This document shows, one piece after another, positions 1-12,900 of a stretch of DNA of 64,000 nucleotides (the stretch's first letter is position 1; each line of letters opens with the position of its first letter). Source of the DNA: Ptychomitrium polyphyllum. Its lineage: Eukaryota. The notes under the pieces were generated by a model. It saw nothing but the letters and a program-made list of their open reading frames with translations, was not told the origin of the DNA and searched no databases. The position numbers and the translations under genes are program-made. The stretch is taken from assembly GCA_973851085.1 (NCBI GenBank), contig OZ316776.1, positions 5,022,001-5,086,000 of the forward strand, read 5' to 3'.

Positions 1-3000
1 ATTTTGTACTTTTGTATGATTTTTTTAATTTAATGTATATATTATTTTATTTTTGTTATGAAGTACTTTTGTCTATTTTTTAAAACTTAAAATCCGCAAA
101 TTAAGTTATAAATTGGAATAAAATTTATGACTTCATTTACTAATTTCAATAATCTCAAACTATATAAAGATTTTGACTAAAGTTTCGATTTTTTATAACT
201 TATAAGTTGAACTTGTATAGATTAACAAGTATTTTTATCCACAAATTCGAAATCTTTTCTATGTACAATTCATTATGCCAATTCAAAATATTTTTGAAAA
301 TGAAGTAAATAAAAAAACTAATTAAAAAATAATTAATCATAAATCCACTAATGACATATGAAAGACATGGAGTTTAGATATCTTCCTTTAATTATTATAA
401 ATGCATCAAGGTTCATTTTTTAACTAATTTATTCTTAACTTCCATAATTTCTTAGATAATAAATTTAAGTTTAAAAACAAATAAAAACATTGTAAAAAAA
501 TATTAAATCATATATGTTTTTGACATCGATTGGTATGTGAGCAAAATTATAAAAGCTCCAATTAATATTGTCTACCTAGTTCTTTGCATTAAATTTATAT
601 ATTTGTCCATGTTGTTGTTAAAAACTCATTTAACATGTATGCATTTACAACTCCAAAGCTTTAAACTTTATTAAGTTGCTCTTCACTATATTTAAAATGC
701 TCTTCAAAAACATGTACAAATTTTTTTTTGTTTATTTTCCTATTTTTTCCAAAAAATATATGAGTCATATTGTTACATCCTTTTATAACAAGAATAATTT
801 TGAAAATTTATAAAATATATAAATTAAAGATTTTCCTAAGTTTAACAGATTCAAAATTCTATTTTTAAATTTCAAATATAGGCTTCAAGTAATAGTATAT
901 GTACAAAAAAGAATTATTCTATGTTTGACTTTTGCTATATATTAACATTTATTTATGAAGTCTTTTAAAACTATTCATTTTTTTTTTCCTGCCCTTCAGT
1001 TTAATATAGACTTGGTATTTGCAGGTTTTTACGCCATATATTTCTAAATCTTCAACTTTCAAACATTAGAAATTTGAAATATTGGAATGTATTTCTCTTT
1101 TCTACTGCAAACAGATCTATAATTAGTTTTTTTTATGGAGCTTAAAATTCTGCAATTTAAGTTAGCAACTACATAATAACTTAATACAAACATGATAGTC
1201 ACCAAAAATAATGCAAGTTGATTATTTACGTTTTAATTTTTGAACACTTATAACTTTTTTATTTGATTTCTAACAAATTTGTTTGAAATTTTGCTAAAGT
1301 TTTTTTTTCTTATGGATGTTATTGATTTTAGAATATTCTACTTCAATTGCTAAAGAATATTATGCACAAAATTTATTATAAAATTATAGTTTTGGAATTT
1401 TAAGAAGTTGCAATTTAACCTATTACAATTGCTTAATGGATGTTTCTTTTTGCCCTTAAAAAGCTCTTTTTAAAATTGGTACATTATTTCAAAAGAGAAC
1501 CTTTTTAAAAGAGATTGTAATCTTATTAATTTTTTATAATTAGTGGTTACTAAAAACACATGTAGAGAAAATTTTATAATTATATTTTTCTTCTTTTGAA
1601 ACACTTTGATTGACCACTAAAAAAAGATTGAACGAAATACAATAGTTTAAGTTATATTATGTTTAAGGTGGTTATCTTTTATAAGATGATTAAAGATGAC
1701 AAATCATTATATATTTTCACAAAAATTGGCACTTTGAAAAGTCATGATTTCACAAGTTTAAGAATACTATACAAGTATAGTATCCTTTCAAAAAAAATAA
1801 AATGAATTTGAGATATATTCATTTTCATTTGATACATTCTTGAATGATGATTTCATATCAATTTTTAGAGACTTCTTTGAACACTTTTTTAAAAAGGATT
1901 AGTTTTATTGTTTTAAGGTACAATTTCACTACCAAAACCTTGTTTTTGCACAAATTGAAAGAGTTTGTTCACCAAACCATGTATCAAACTAGACTCATGT
2001 CTTTTGCTTTCACTCCCACATGCCCTCATTATCATTTAATATTGATTTCCAACTTTCCAAGGTGAGGGTGACTTGCTCCACCTGTTCATAATACTCTCAT
2101 TGACACTATATCCATTTGAGTTTGGTTTTTAACACAATGAACACAAAAAATCACAGTACAATTGCAAACTTAGGTCCTTGTGACAGGAATATGACCTGTT
2201 GCAGTGGATCAATCCAGAGCCAGGGCAACTCACTTTGAAAACTTTCACCATACTACAGCAAGATCCATCCTAAATTAACAGAAATGAAACCAGTAAGAGT
2301 TCCATGCTGATCAAAGTGAGCCAAGATCTTCTCAGAGTCACACTGAGCCTTCTTTTACTTATCCTTCACCTGGCACCAATCCAATCTGCCATGATCAGCA
2401 ATCCCTTACCAGGTCAGAGCTCCTTCATTGTTTACTGACCATCTGCAACTGTTAAAGACTGTTCGTTTCTCTTTGGCCAGATGGATGCCATGTCTATGGA
2501 GAGAGGCCAACTAATCAGAACATAGTGCACCAAATTTTTACAAAACATGTCTTGGGTGATATTTGCAAAATCCAACTGCATGATATCATAGAAATTGAGC
2601 ATTTTATCACAGCAATCACAGACTTGCATTTGTGTGAGCCCAACTTGAACCTACAGATTGATATGGTGTACTAAACTCATTGCCCAGTATGCAACTTGGT
2701 CAATTCAAAGTCAGTTTCTGTAACACCTGGGAAGCTTGAATTTATTGTTTCCAAATGAGTGAACAGTTAAACTGCTTCCCTACTAAGGCATGACCAACTA
2801 CTTCTTTGTGATATAAATTAGTACAGACACTAGACTGCCACACATATCAATCAAATAGGTCAGTACTCTTGATTTTCTCTACAGTGAAATTGCCTGTGGT
2901 GCAGGTGAGAGAGTCACTCACCTGTAGTGTAATTTGATCAAGATTATTTTCAGGCTGTGGTTCTGTCATGGATTTCGAAGACTTAAATTTAACAATCGCC

Positions 3001-5820
3001 TACTAACAGAATCAATTACAGTCTAAGTGTACAACAGAAGTTTGTGAAATCAAACTGTATACTTCAAATTTCCCTATATAATATAACAATGGCACACAAT
3101 AACAGTAAAATCTGAAATCTTTGTTTTGTCATATTATTGTAGGTGGAAGGTGTTAAGGGTGAAATACTCCTATGAGTGTAAGCAGTTCAAAATATCAAAC
3201 TTTATAAGAGAAAGTTTGTATGCCACTTTCAAAATGGTTCTAGTTTATATACTTCAAAGTTAGACTAAATACATATGTGAAGTTAAACCTAACTCTAGTT
3301 GGCCAAATTACAGAGATGTCAATACTGAGGTGCTTTAATATAAAGGGATTACCCACACCAGGTGTAAATTGGTAATTGATTTCTTAATAGAAGGCAAGTA
3401 TGTGTGGTTCAAAACATATAATTAATTCAAGTTAGAAAATAAGGTTCATCTTTAACTTTGGAATTTATTAAAAAAAAATTCAATTCAATCATTTCAGATG
3501 AAAGTAGGCCATTGTAAATGAATACCAACAAATTGAATAGTAGTTTTTAAAAGTTATATTATCATTTTCCAATTTTTTATTTTGGAGTCAATAATCTTTT
3601 GATTTCTTAATCTTTGTTGTTTGAATTATTAAGTATGATATTATTCTTTGGTTATACTAAGTATTGGAGTACATTTCATCCAAAGCAATGAAATTTACAA
3701 CACAAAAATCATATTATTCACAAGAACTTGTAAAAACTCTTTAAGAATTATATCCAATAATACAACACCTCAATTTTATGACATCTTTATGTTTCTCAAA
3801 CTTATCAATTAAAGGAAAATAGTAGAAAAATATAAATCTTCATGATCTTTTATTGTATATTGTACTCATCATGAATGGAAATATCTACCTTGTTCAATTT
3901 AGTCAGGTATGCTCAAGTACAAAATTCAAAATGGTACATAAGATGCCAAACAATTGTGTGGGATGATCCTAACCCTGACCATGGTCCATGGTACTGATCT
4001 GGAGAAATTTGTGCAATCCTGCTGTAACTGCGTGTGACAAGTTTCAAGCAGATTTCTAGTCAGAGTATCTCTCTAAGAGGACAAGAACTGCCCTTCTTTT
4101 GCTGCTAGCTTGACCTCCTCCCTTTGAATCTCTCAAGCTTAGGACGAACAGGCTGAACTTTAATCAAGCTTCAAGACTCTGATATCCTTAAGCCTAGTTA
4201 CCAAGAGCTTTGACAGTTACAACTCAGGCAAGTTTGAAAAGTCTAGCTGAGTCACAGGAAGTAACCACATTACTGTTGAATAACAATTTAATTTGATTAA
4301 TAAAAAAGATTTCAGTAAATTATATAACTAACCCTCCTTTTGGGATTGTTTACAGTACAATTGCGGTTACAAGCGCTATCTAATAATATTTTTTCGTTTA
4401 ATTTAGAAAATTCATCAATAATTTCATAAAATTTTCAAACTTCAAGTTTTCTGTTGATGCTAAATTATATTCTCTTGTTAGCATCTAAGTTACACCACGG
4501 TATGAGGTAGCATGACCTCTGACAGAGCTTCTGAACACTAGACTCTAGGCCTGGGCTTCTCTTTTTCTTAATTGGCAGAACAGAAACAGCAAATGTTGTC
4601 AGCTCTAGCATACCTTGTATCTGTTACAGTCCTAATTCCTGCCACCTGATGAACTGCTAACAGACCCATGTGAGACGAGAGCTTCTAGCACCGAGTCCCC
4701 AAAAACATCGGGCAAGTATAGTGGCTGCACAACCCAATGTCTAATACTAAATACAGTTTGTATCATTCAATAAAGTGAACACTGTAGATGCCAGTTCTTC
4801 AAAATAATTGAACCTTCCAAATCCCAAAACAGCCTGGAGTAGATGATGGGGGGAAGACATGTTGACATACTCATGTGCAGATCAAAGATGTACGGTTAGA
4901 AAACCGATTTTATTGGGCTCAATGGTGACAGGAATGGGTGCCAACACAAATTATCCTAATTCCACAAAAATTCATAGTACTTATCAATCTATGCTCACAT
5001 ACTACAACTAATTCCATACTCTTCAAGAATTTCAGGGTCGAAACAACAACGTTGCAACTTGTATGGCCAAGGTCTGCATTGTCAAATGCTCTACGACGTA
5101 CAGCAAAAGCGAATGTTACATGATTTTATGAGTCTGCTAATATGTACCTGTTGTGTCATAATACAATCAGAACGCAATGTCTAAGATCATGTAGAGAGAG
5201 ATGTGTCGGTGTCGGTAGATCCACAACGTCCAGTTTAATTCTACGTGTCACATCCAAGGCGGAAAATAATTTGAAGAAACTGCACACAATACAGACCGAC
5301 CCAAAATCATCAGCACCAAGATCCAGAAACTACTTCATATGAGATCATGAACAAGTCCAACCGCAGAAGCGCAAAAAGATTCGTAACACAAAATTATCGG
5401 CAACACTGCCAAAATTCAATTGCATCTGCAGCTTCCTAAATAATAAATGGCACAAATTCGATCCCAAAAGATAGTCCAAGTCACACGAGATGATCAGCAA
5501 CATGATATCTATAAACTCATTTTAATTCACAGATCAGCTGAAAGTTCAATTCCAATAAAAGGAGATTATTACCATATATAGGAAATGGGTCTTTGTGAAT
5601 ACCTTAACGGTGGAGCTCATGGCAGAAGCATATTGGCGACCGATTCAGGTTTGAAAGAATTCTGCACAAGAGAGAAAGGATACGTCTGCATGTTAGAAGG
5701 TATGTTTACGACGTGACCGGTCACGAATGCAAGGTAGTAGTACGCCACTATAAGAATGCTGTGAAGATGATGCAAGTGCTTGCCTTAACGGAGGACACAT
5801 TGAGCTGCGGAATGATTGAG

Positions 5821-8800
5821 TCAAGCAGAGCCAAGGTCTTCGATGTCTTTGAGAAATTTCACCACTTGCAGCATGGTGGGGCGGCGGATGGGATCCTCCG
5901 CAGTGCAAAGGTTGGCGATGTGGAGCACCTTGAGCATCATGAGCTTCCAGGATCCCTTGGAAACTTCGGGATCCAGAGCGTCCGGCGCATCGCCATTCTT
6001 GATCAGCTGTCGCACCCACCCCACCAGATTGCCGCCGTCGACATCCTTGAAATCGTCGCGCGTGGGCTCCTTGCCAGTGAGAAGCTCCAGGAGTATCACG
6101 CCGTAGCTGTATACGTCGCCGCGTGTGGTGGAACGCCAGCTCTGGCCATACTCCGGTGGGATGTAGCCGAACGTGCCCGCGATGTCCGTGCTCACGTGCG
6201 AGTCGTAAGCGCTGATAAGTCGAGCCAGCCCGAAATCCGCCACGCGAGGTTCGAAGTCGGCATCGAGGAGGATGTTGGAGGCTTTTATGTCGCGATGGAT
6301 GATGTGGGGGATGAACCCGTGGTGAAGAAAACACAGCCCCCGCGCGGACCCAAGCGCGATGCGGAACCGCTTGGGCCAGTCCAGAACCTCGAGCGCGTCC
6401 GCGCGGTTGCGCAGCCACAGGTCGAGGCTGCCGTTGATCATGTAATCGTACACCAGCAGCTTCTCCTCGCCGAAGGAGCAGTACCCCAGCAGTGGCACGA
6501 GGTGCCGGTGTTTCACCTTCCCGAGCGTCTCCATCTCTGCCAAAAACTCTCGGTTCCCCTGCGACAGCCCGTGACCTAATTTCTTGATCGCCACAATGCG
6601 GCCGTCGGGCAAGTGCGCCTTGTACACAGTTCCGAACCCGCCGTCGCCGATGATGTTCGTTTTGCAAAAGCCGTTCGTTGCACGCAACACATCAGCGAGA
6701 GTGAGCCGCAGCAATGGCTGCTCGAACATAGCAACATTGATACTCAGCGGCTCCTTCATCTTGTCCAAACTTATGCTGCACGGATCCAACGCCATGTTCA
6801 TGTTCAGTTTCGCCTTCTCCAAATCCTTCGCCTCCACCTCCTGCTTCAGCTGCCGCAACCAGAACGCTCCTAACACCACGATCATCACCGCGATCAAACT
6901 TCCCAAACATATCCCCAAAATGGCTCCCGTGCTCATCCCCAACCCTCCTTCACCATGGCTCCGACAAATCGCATGCACCACATCCCCACACAGCGCCTTG
7001 TTGCCCAGGAACGCATCCCTCGTGAGCGATCCACAGTTTCCACGTCGAGGAACCTCCCCGGACAAGACATTGTACGAGAAATTCAGAAACTCCAACCCCA
7101 AGAGGTCACACAAGCCCGTGGGGAATGGCCCCATGAGATGGTTATGGGACAGGTCCAAGTAGTCGAGTTGCGCAAGGCTGCCGATCTCGTCTGGAATCTC
7201 CCCAGTGAACTGGTTTCCTCGCAAATCGAGGTATGACAGCCCCGAGAGGTTCCCAATCGTGGCCGGAATCTCCCCGCTGAGGCGATTCAAGCTCAGATTC
7301 AAGCTCTGCATCTGGTGCCACACAGAGCTCTCCGACAGCAGCCCCCGAATACTCCCCGAAAAGAAGTTCTGCTGCAGGTTGAGCCCCACCACGGACACCA
7401 GGTTGGACAACGACGCAGGGATCACGCCGCCCAGCTGATTCACGCTCAGATCCATCCGGGACAGTCCCGTCAGATTCCCCAGCGTCGCTGGAATGGCACC
7501 CGTGAGATGATTGTTGCTTACATTGAGCTTCACCAAGCTCATCATCTCCCCGACCTCGGATGGAACCGCGCCGGTTAGCTCGTTGAAAGCCAGATTCATT
7601 CCCTGCAGCCTTCGCATCTCCCCGAATGTCGCAGGGATGTCGCCACTCAACAGATTACTGGAACAATCAAGCGTTGTCAAATTCGTCAGTTTTGATAACT
7701 CGGGCGGAATAGCCCCTGACAGCTCATTCTCTTCCAGCCGGAGCTCCACCAGCACCACGCATTCGCCAAGGCCACTGGGAATGCTCCCGTTCAGGAAGTT
7801 ATGCGACAAATCCAGCACCCCGTGATGCTGCACGAAGCCGGAGTCCGGTAAAGCTTCGATCCGAAAATTGGCCGCGATCTTGTCAGGAATCGGACCCGTC
7901 AGGTAGTTGTGCGACAACACCAAGTAATCCAGGTTCACAAGCTTGCCAATCTCGGGCGGAATCCTCCCCGTCAAAGAATTGTTTCCGAGGTTGAGCGTTG
8001 TCAGTTTAACGCAGTTGCAAAGCTCGGTTGGAATGGCTCCCCCAAGGTTGTTCCCCTGGAGAGAAAACACGGTGAGATCCGTCAGCTGGCCGATCGTAGC
8101 CGGAATCTCGCCCTCGAACATGTTGTTGTCGAGGACAAGATACTCCAGCATGGTCATCTCTCCGACTTTGGGAGACAACGCGCCTGTCAATTGATTGTCC
8201 GAGAGCAGAATTTCCACCAGCGTTGTAGAGCTCCAGAGCTCTTCTGGAATGGAGCCTGAGAGGTTATTCTGGCCGAGGGAGATAATCATGAGGGAGGGTA
8301 ACGTCGCGAGGTATGTGGGGATTTCGCCCGAGATTTTGTTGGCCGTGAGGTCGATTTCGGTCAAGGTCATGCATTTGAGGAACGTGCTGGCAAGTGTGCC
8401 GTTGAGCTGGTTGTCGTTTAAGGAGACCTTGTCGAGCAGGGGTGCTTCGCAAAGCTCGGGAGGGATGGGGCCCGTGAGGAGATTATTATCAATGGCGATG
8501 TGGTTCACTCTTGGGCATGTTCCGAGGTCGGGTGGAATGGAGCCCGTGAAGAGGTTGTTGGACAGGAAAAGCCCGGTTACGTTCTTCCAGTTGCACAACC
8601 ACGACGGAATGGTGCCCGTCAACTTGTTGCCTTCCACGGAAAACGAGATGATGTTCTCGAGCGCCGCGAGCGACGACGGAATCGACCCGCTCAACGAGTT
8701 GAATGGCAGATCCAAAACCTGGAAGGTCGATCAAAAACACATAAAATATATCAATCTTCCTCTGATAACAAACCGAAACAACATCCATCACGGTGGTCAG

Positions 8801-9980
8801 AACAGAGTCAAACCTCGAGTTTTGTGCAGTTTGCGAGGGATGCAGGAATGGTGCCGTTGATTCCAACCGTGGGCAAGTTCAAGGTGACGAGATCCTTAAG
8901 CTCGCCGAAGGACTCTGGGATGGTGCCCGAGAAGTCGTTACCACCGAGGTCAATCTTCTGCAACGCGACGCATTTGCTGAGCTCTGCGGGGATGAGCCCA
9001 GTGAAATGGCTATTGCCCAAGTACAAGCTGCGGAGGTTCACCAAGTTGCCGATCTCGCTCGGAATCTCTCCCGTCAACGCGTTCCCCCCGAGGTCGAGCT
9101 CCGTGAGCGCCGTCATGGTCCAAATCTCCGCCGGCACGCTCCCCGTGAACGAGTTGTTGCTCAGATCCAGCTTCGTTAGAGCAGGCAAGAGCGCGACCAG
9201 GGGCGAGATCGGCCCCGAGAACAGATTACTATTGACATTGATCACTTCGAGCTTCGCCATGGCTTCGTTCCACGCGGGCAGGGCGCCTGTCAAGCCGTTC
9301 TCACTTACGGACAAGTAGCGTAGGTTCACCAACCTTGACAGCTGCGGCGGAAGCACCCCATCCAACGAATTCACAGACAAGTCCAACCTCTCGAGGTTGA
9401 CAAGACTCCCGAGCTGCTGCGGAATCACGCCTGTGAAGGAGTTACCGGCCAAGATTAGAGTGTTCAAGTTCACCAGATTCGCAATCTCCACAGGGATGGT
9501 GCCCGAGATGCCGTTGTAGCTGAGGTCGAGATACTCCAGGTTGAGCAGCCCTGTGAAGAATGCACCGGGGATGGTGCCCGAGAGGAGGTAGTTCGCGTTG
9601 ACGTCCAGGAGCCGCAGCTCGTGAAGGTTGCCGAGCACCGACGGTAGCGCACCGGAGAAGAAGTTGGCGCTAAGGTCGAGTAGCTGCATGCGTTGCAGCG
9701 ACGCGAGTGCTGGCGAGATGGGCCCCGTGAGACCCAGGTTGTAGAGGGAAATGTTGGTCACTTGATGGAGCGCGTTGCAAGCAACGCCCATCCACGAGCA
9801 CGGGCTAGCGCTACTACGAGTCCAGTCTACGAGCGTGTTCGCAGTGCCGTTCGTAAGCGCCGCTTTGAAGGCGAGCAGCGCTTCCATGTCGGTGTTGATG
9901 CTCGACTGAGCGTTCACCGCGACAATCATACATCCCCACAACGCCACCACCACGGCGATGATCACCACTTTTGTCGCCAT
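5821..9980 (-). CDS. EMS1: LRR receptor-like kinase of the EMS1/EXS (LRR-X) type; exons 9980-8814 and 8718-5821, ~1354 aa
   Basis: ORFs 8808..9980 and 5821..8715 join in phase 0 through a 95-bp intron at 8813-8719 (GAG|GTTTGA ... CCTTCCAG|GTT). The protein has a signal peptide, an LRR N-cap (CSWMGVAC), many plant LRRs (LxxLxLxxNxLxGxIP), an island segment PDSGFVQHHGVLDLSHN, a TM helix, the juxtamembrane EPLSINVAMFEQPLLRLTL and a kinase domain (GDGGFGTVYKA, HRDIKASN, DFG). The island and juxtamembrane motifs closely match Arabidopsis EMS1 as I recall them. Confidence 0.92.
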
Positions 9981-12900
9981 GGTAGCAGGTCATATGTATG
10001 TTCTCTCCAGATACTTTGCCACCCTCAGAATCTCTAAACGCTGCTGCATGTATACACTTTCATGTGTCGGTAAAATATGTTGAGCAAATCTGTTTGTTCA
10101 ATTCCGCATCAATGCCTTAGACCACTCGGCTAATTCAACCCTCAATGATTTTCTAAGAATGGCATCTCTTCAGCTCTGAGGATGCAGCCTTGGATTTCAA
10201 TAACCAAACGATACAAGCACCTTTAGCTGCATGTATGCGCGTGCAAGTTGTGAGTCTACCTGCAGGTGCCCTGTCACTAGACGAGAACGCTGTCAATGAT
10301 GGTGCGAGAGAATGGAGATCTTGAGTGGAATTTATATGTAACTTGTAAGGGACCCCACCCTACCACACCCAGGAAGTTAAGATCGTTAACATCCAGGACT
10401 TCATCATCACTGCTACCACATAAGATGCAATATAATTGGGGCTTTCTACTCGAGCACTATCAGCCTCCACAGCAGCAATCACGGGATATATACCAGAGCA
10501 CACTTTCGGCACTCCTGCATGCATCCTTTTCATGTGCTATCGATCTTACAAAAACTTTGAAGAAGCCCAAGCACTACAAGCGAAAAAACCGTTTCCCTGG
10601 GAAATTAGCTGCCAGCAGGTGAAATATCCTCCAAACATCGCAAATTCCACTGCTCTTTCAAGAAATAGATAGAAAACAGCTGACCACCAAACACACAAAG
10701 ACTTTAAATATTCTTCACCTCGTAGGACTCAGAGTGCTGCTTGGAACCACTCCATGACCGTGCGGATAGCGCTGTTTCATGCGCAGATTCACAATCTCCT
10801 TGCAAACTCCTTGATCATCACCTTCTAGAATTCTGCGCCTCAAATCTCAGTAATTCCTCTTCTATAATAAAGATGGAATTATCTCTCTCAGGCTCTTTAG
10901 CCTCTCCCCTCAACTCTCTAAGTTACCGTCTTTGAATATTGTCTCCGTAGGTGGGTGGCAACGCAAAGAGCGCTACCTACATCACAGCTTGACAAGTACC
11001 ACTACTGGACTTGCAAGCTCCTCACTACTAATGACTCCAGTGATGAGCACCACACCGACACTGAAAATAGGTTCTAAGCAACTCATTCAAGTGGAGCAGC
11101 CCTTGGTGTCCTGTGGAAGTATAAGAGGTTGGACCAAACCATGCAGTAGCTTGGAGCCGACAACGCCACTCAAGTGCAATCTGGTGGCCACATTTACAAC
11201 GCTGTAGCAACAAACAATCATCCAAGTTGTGCCTCACACAGCTGCAATGAGATCGCAAAGGGGACCCAGCGGGAGTCCTCCACTTCTAGCGCAGTAATAC
11301 AGCGGCGCTCATGTATGGGGGCGTCGGGGCTCTGTATGTTGGTTTTGCCGTGGGAGCTCAGCCTAAGTGGAACTTGAGGCCTCTGTAGTTGTAGTTGTAG
11401 TTGTACAGGAGCAGCAGCTCAGACACAAAAATCCCCGGTGTCAGGCTCTGGAACCATGGCTCTGTCAAGGGCAGCCCACGTCGCATAATTTATGCTCTCC
11501 TACATGCTGCCTTTCACACGAAAGGAACAGTATTATTGTATTAACCAAATGTATGGGTATAAAACGGCCTGTAAACGCATGTCTGGCCTTTGGATGAACA
11601 GTTGCAAATGGTAACCAAGCATTATTGGTAGTGGTGTGGGACTTTGAAAACCTGTGCAATAGATTGTGGTATTTCCTCATGGGTTAGAAGATTTTATCAG
11701 TCTTTTATTGGATTTTTTTTCTAAGGGATACTTTCCTTCATTGTTCTAAAATGTTATGTAAATACATTGTAGTTCAAAGCATGGAGATTTTTTAAAATTC
11801 TTAGAATCTTATATTATTGTTGTTGTCAATTGAATTTTTCTTATGCAATATAGCTTAGGATTCAAGAGATGAAGTATCACTTAAATATCCAACGAATTCT
11901 AATATAAAATTTACAAATTTGTATAGAAGTTCAATACATGAAACATTTGAGACATCATTGGATGCAAGAAAATTCAAAAAGATTCCAATTGACATATTAT
12001 GATTCCTTTTAATTTGGTTAATAGAAATATTAATTCAGAAACCTTAGTTTCAAAAATCAAATAATCAAATTGTACTAGCAAATAATTCACAGTTCTTATA
12101 GTCACAAGAGTAAAGAATCTTTTTGTGAAATGTTGTATAATAAACAAGAAGAAGTTTTATAAATATGGCATCTTTTTATAAAATAATTCATGGAACCAAT
12201 CCACCTCGATTCCTTAGTTTGATTCTAATCATCAACCTTATTGAAAAATAAAATAATTAAATGGCTTATATTTAGTGCAAAAATATTTAAAAGCATCTAA
12301 AAATAATAGCTATAATTTCTAAAAGGAAAAATTAGTAGAAGCTTCTAAAGACGTGGAATTGTTATTGTCAAAAGAGCTAAATTAATCTAATTTGTGTAGT
12401 AGAAATTGGCATTGAATTAGAATTATTTGAAAGCTAAAAAATCCTTTCAGAAAGGTCTTATGGAACCATTAGGGTTGTAAACTTAAAGTATAAATAGAAC
12501 ATCAAAAAAGGTAGTTCCATTTTATTCCAAGCATTGTTTGGCATTATTTAATGTTCGCTTTGCTTATATTATTTAATGTTTAATTACTTAAGCTTTAAAA
12601 ATTCTTTATAAGATTAAATTTTCATGTTATCAATATGGACTTTTAGATGTTTTATTTTATTTTATTTTTGCAAGAAAGATTACAAACTAACCATTTCATG
12701 CTTAACCAAAAAACTTTAAAGAACAAGTTAATAAATCTAGTGGTATTCTTTTAGTTTTGATTTAGGCTTCAAGTTCTATTTTTAGTATCTTTCAAAGTAG
12801 AAGAGGTTTAAAATCCTAAAGTCTTTAATATAATAGTATTTTCAATTTAAATTTTGTATAAATAAAAAATTTGCATTATAGAAAGAACATCATGAAATTA

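Noticed and set aside
1..5690. Short ORFs in AT-rich DNA here and across 11.7-41.5 kb
   Set aside because: Short, compositionally biased, mostly non-ATG starts and without recognisable domains; consistent with chance or decayed repeats.
5693..10037. Many long overlapping ORFs (e.g. 5693..6667 -, 5713..6579 +, 8500..9318 +, 8195..8860 +)
   Set aside because: Shadow frames of the GC-rich, repetitive EMS1-type CDS; no independent protein motifs.
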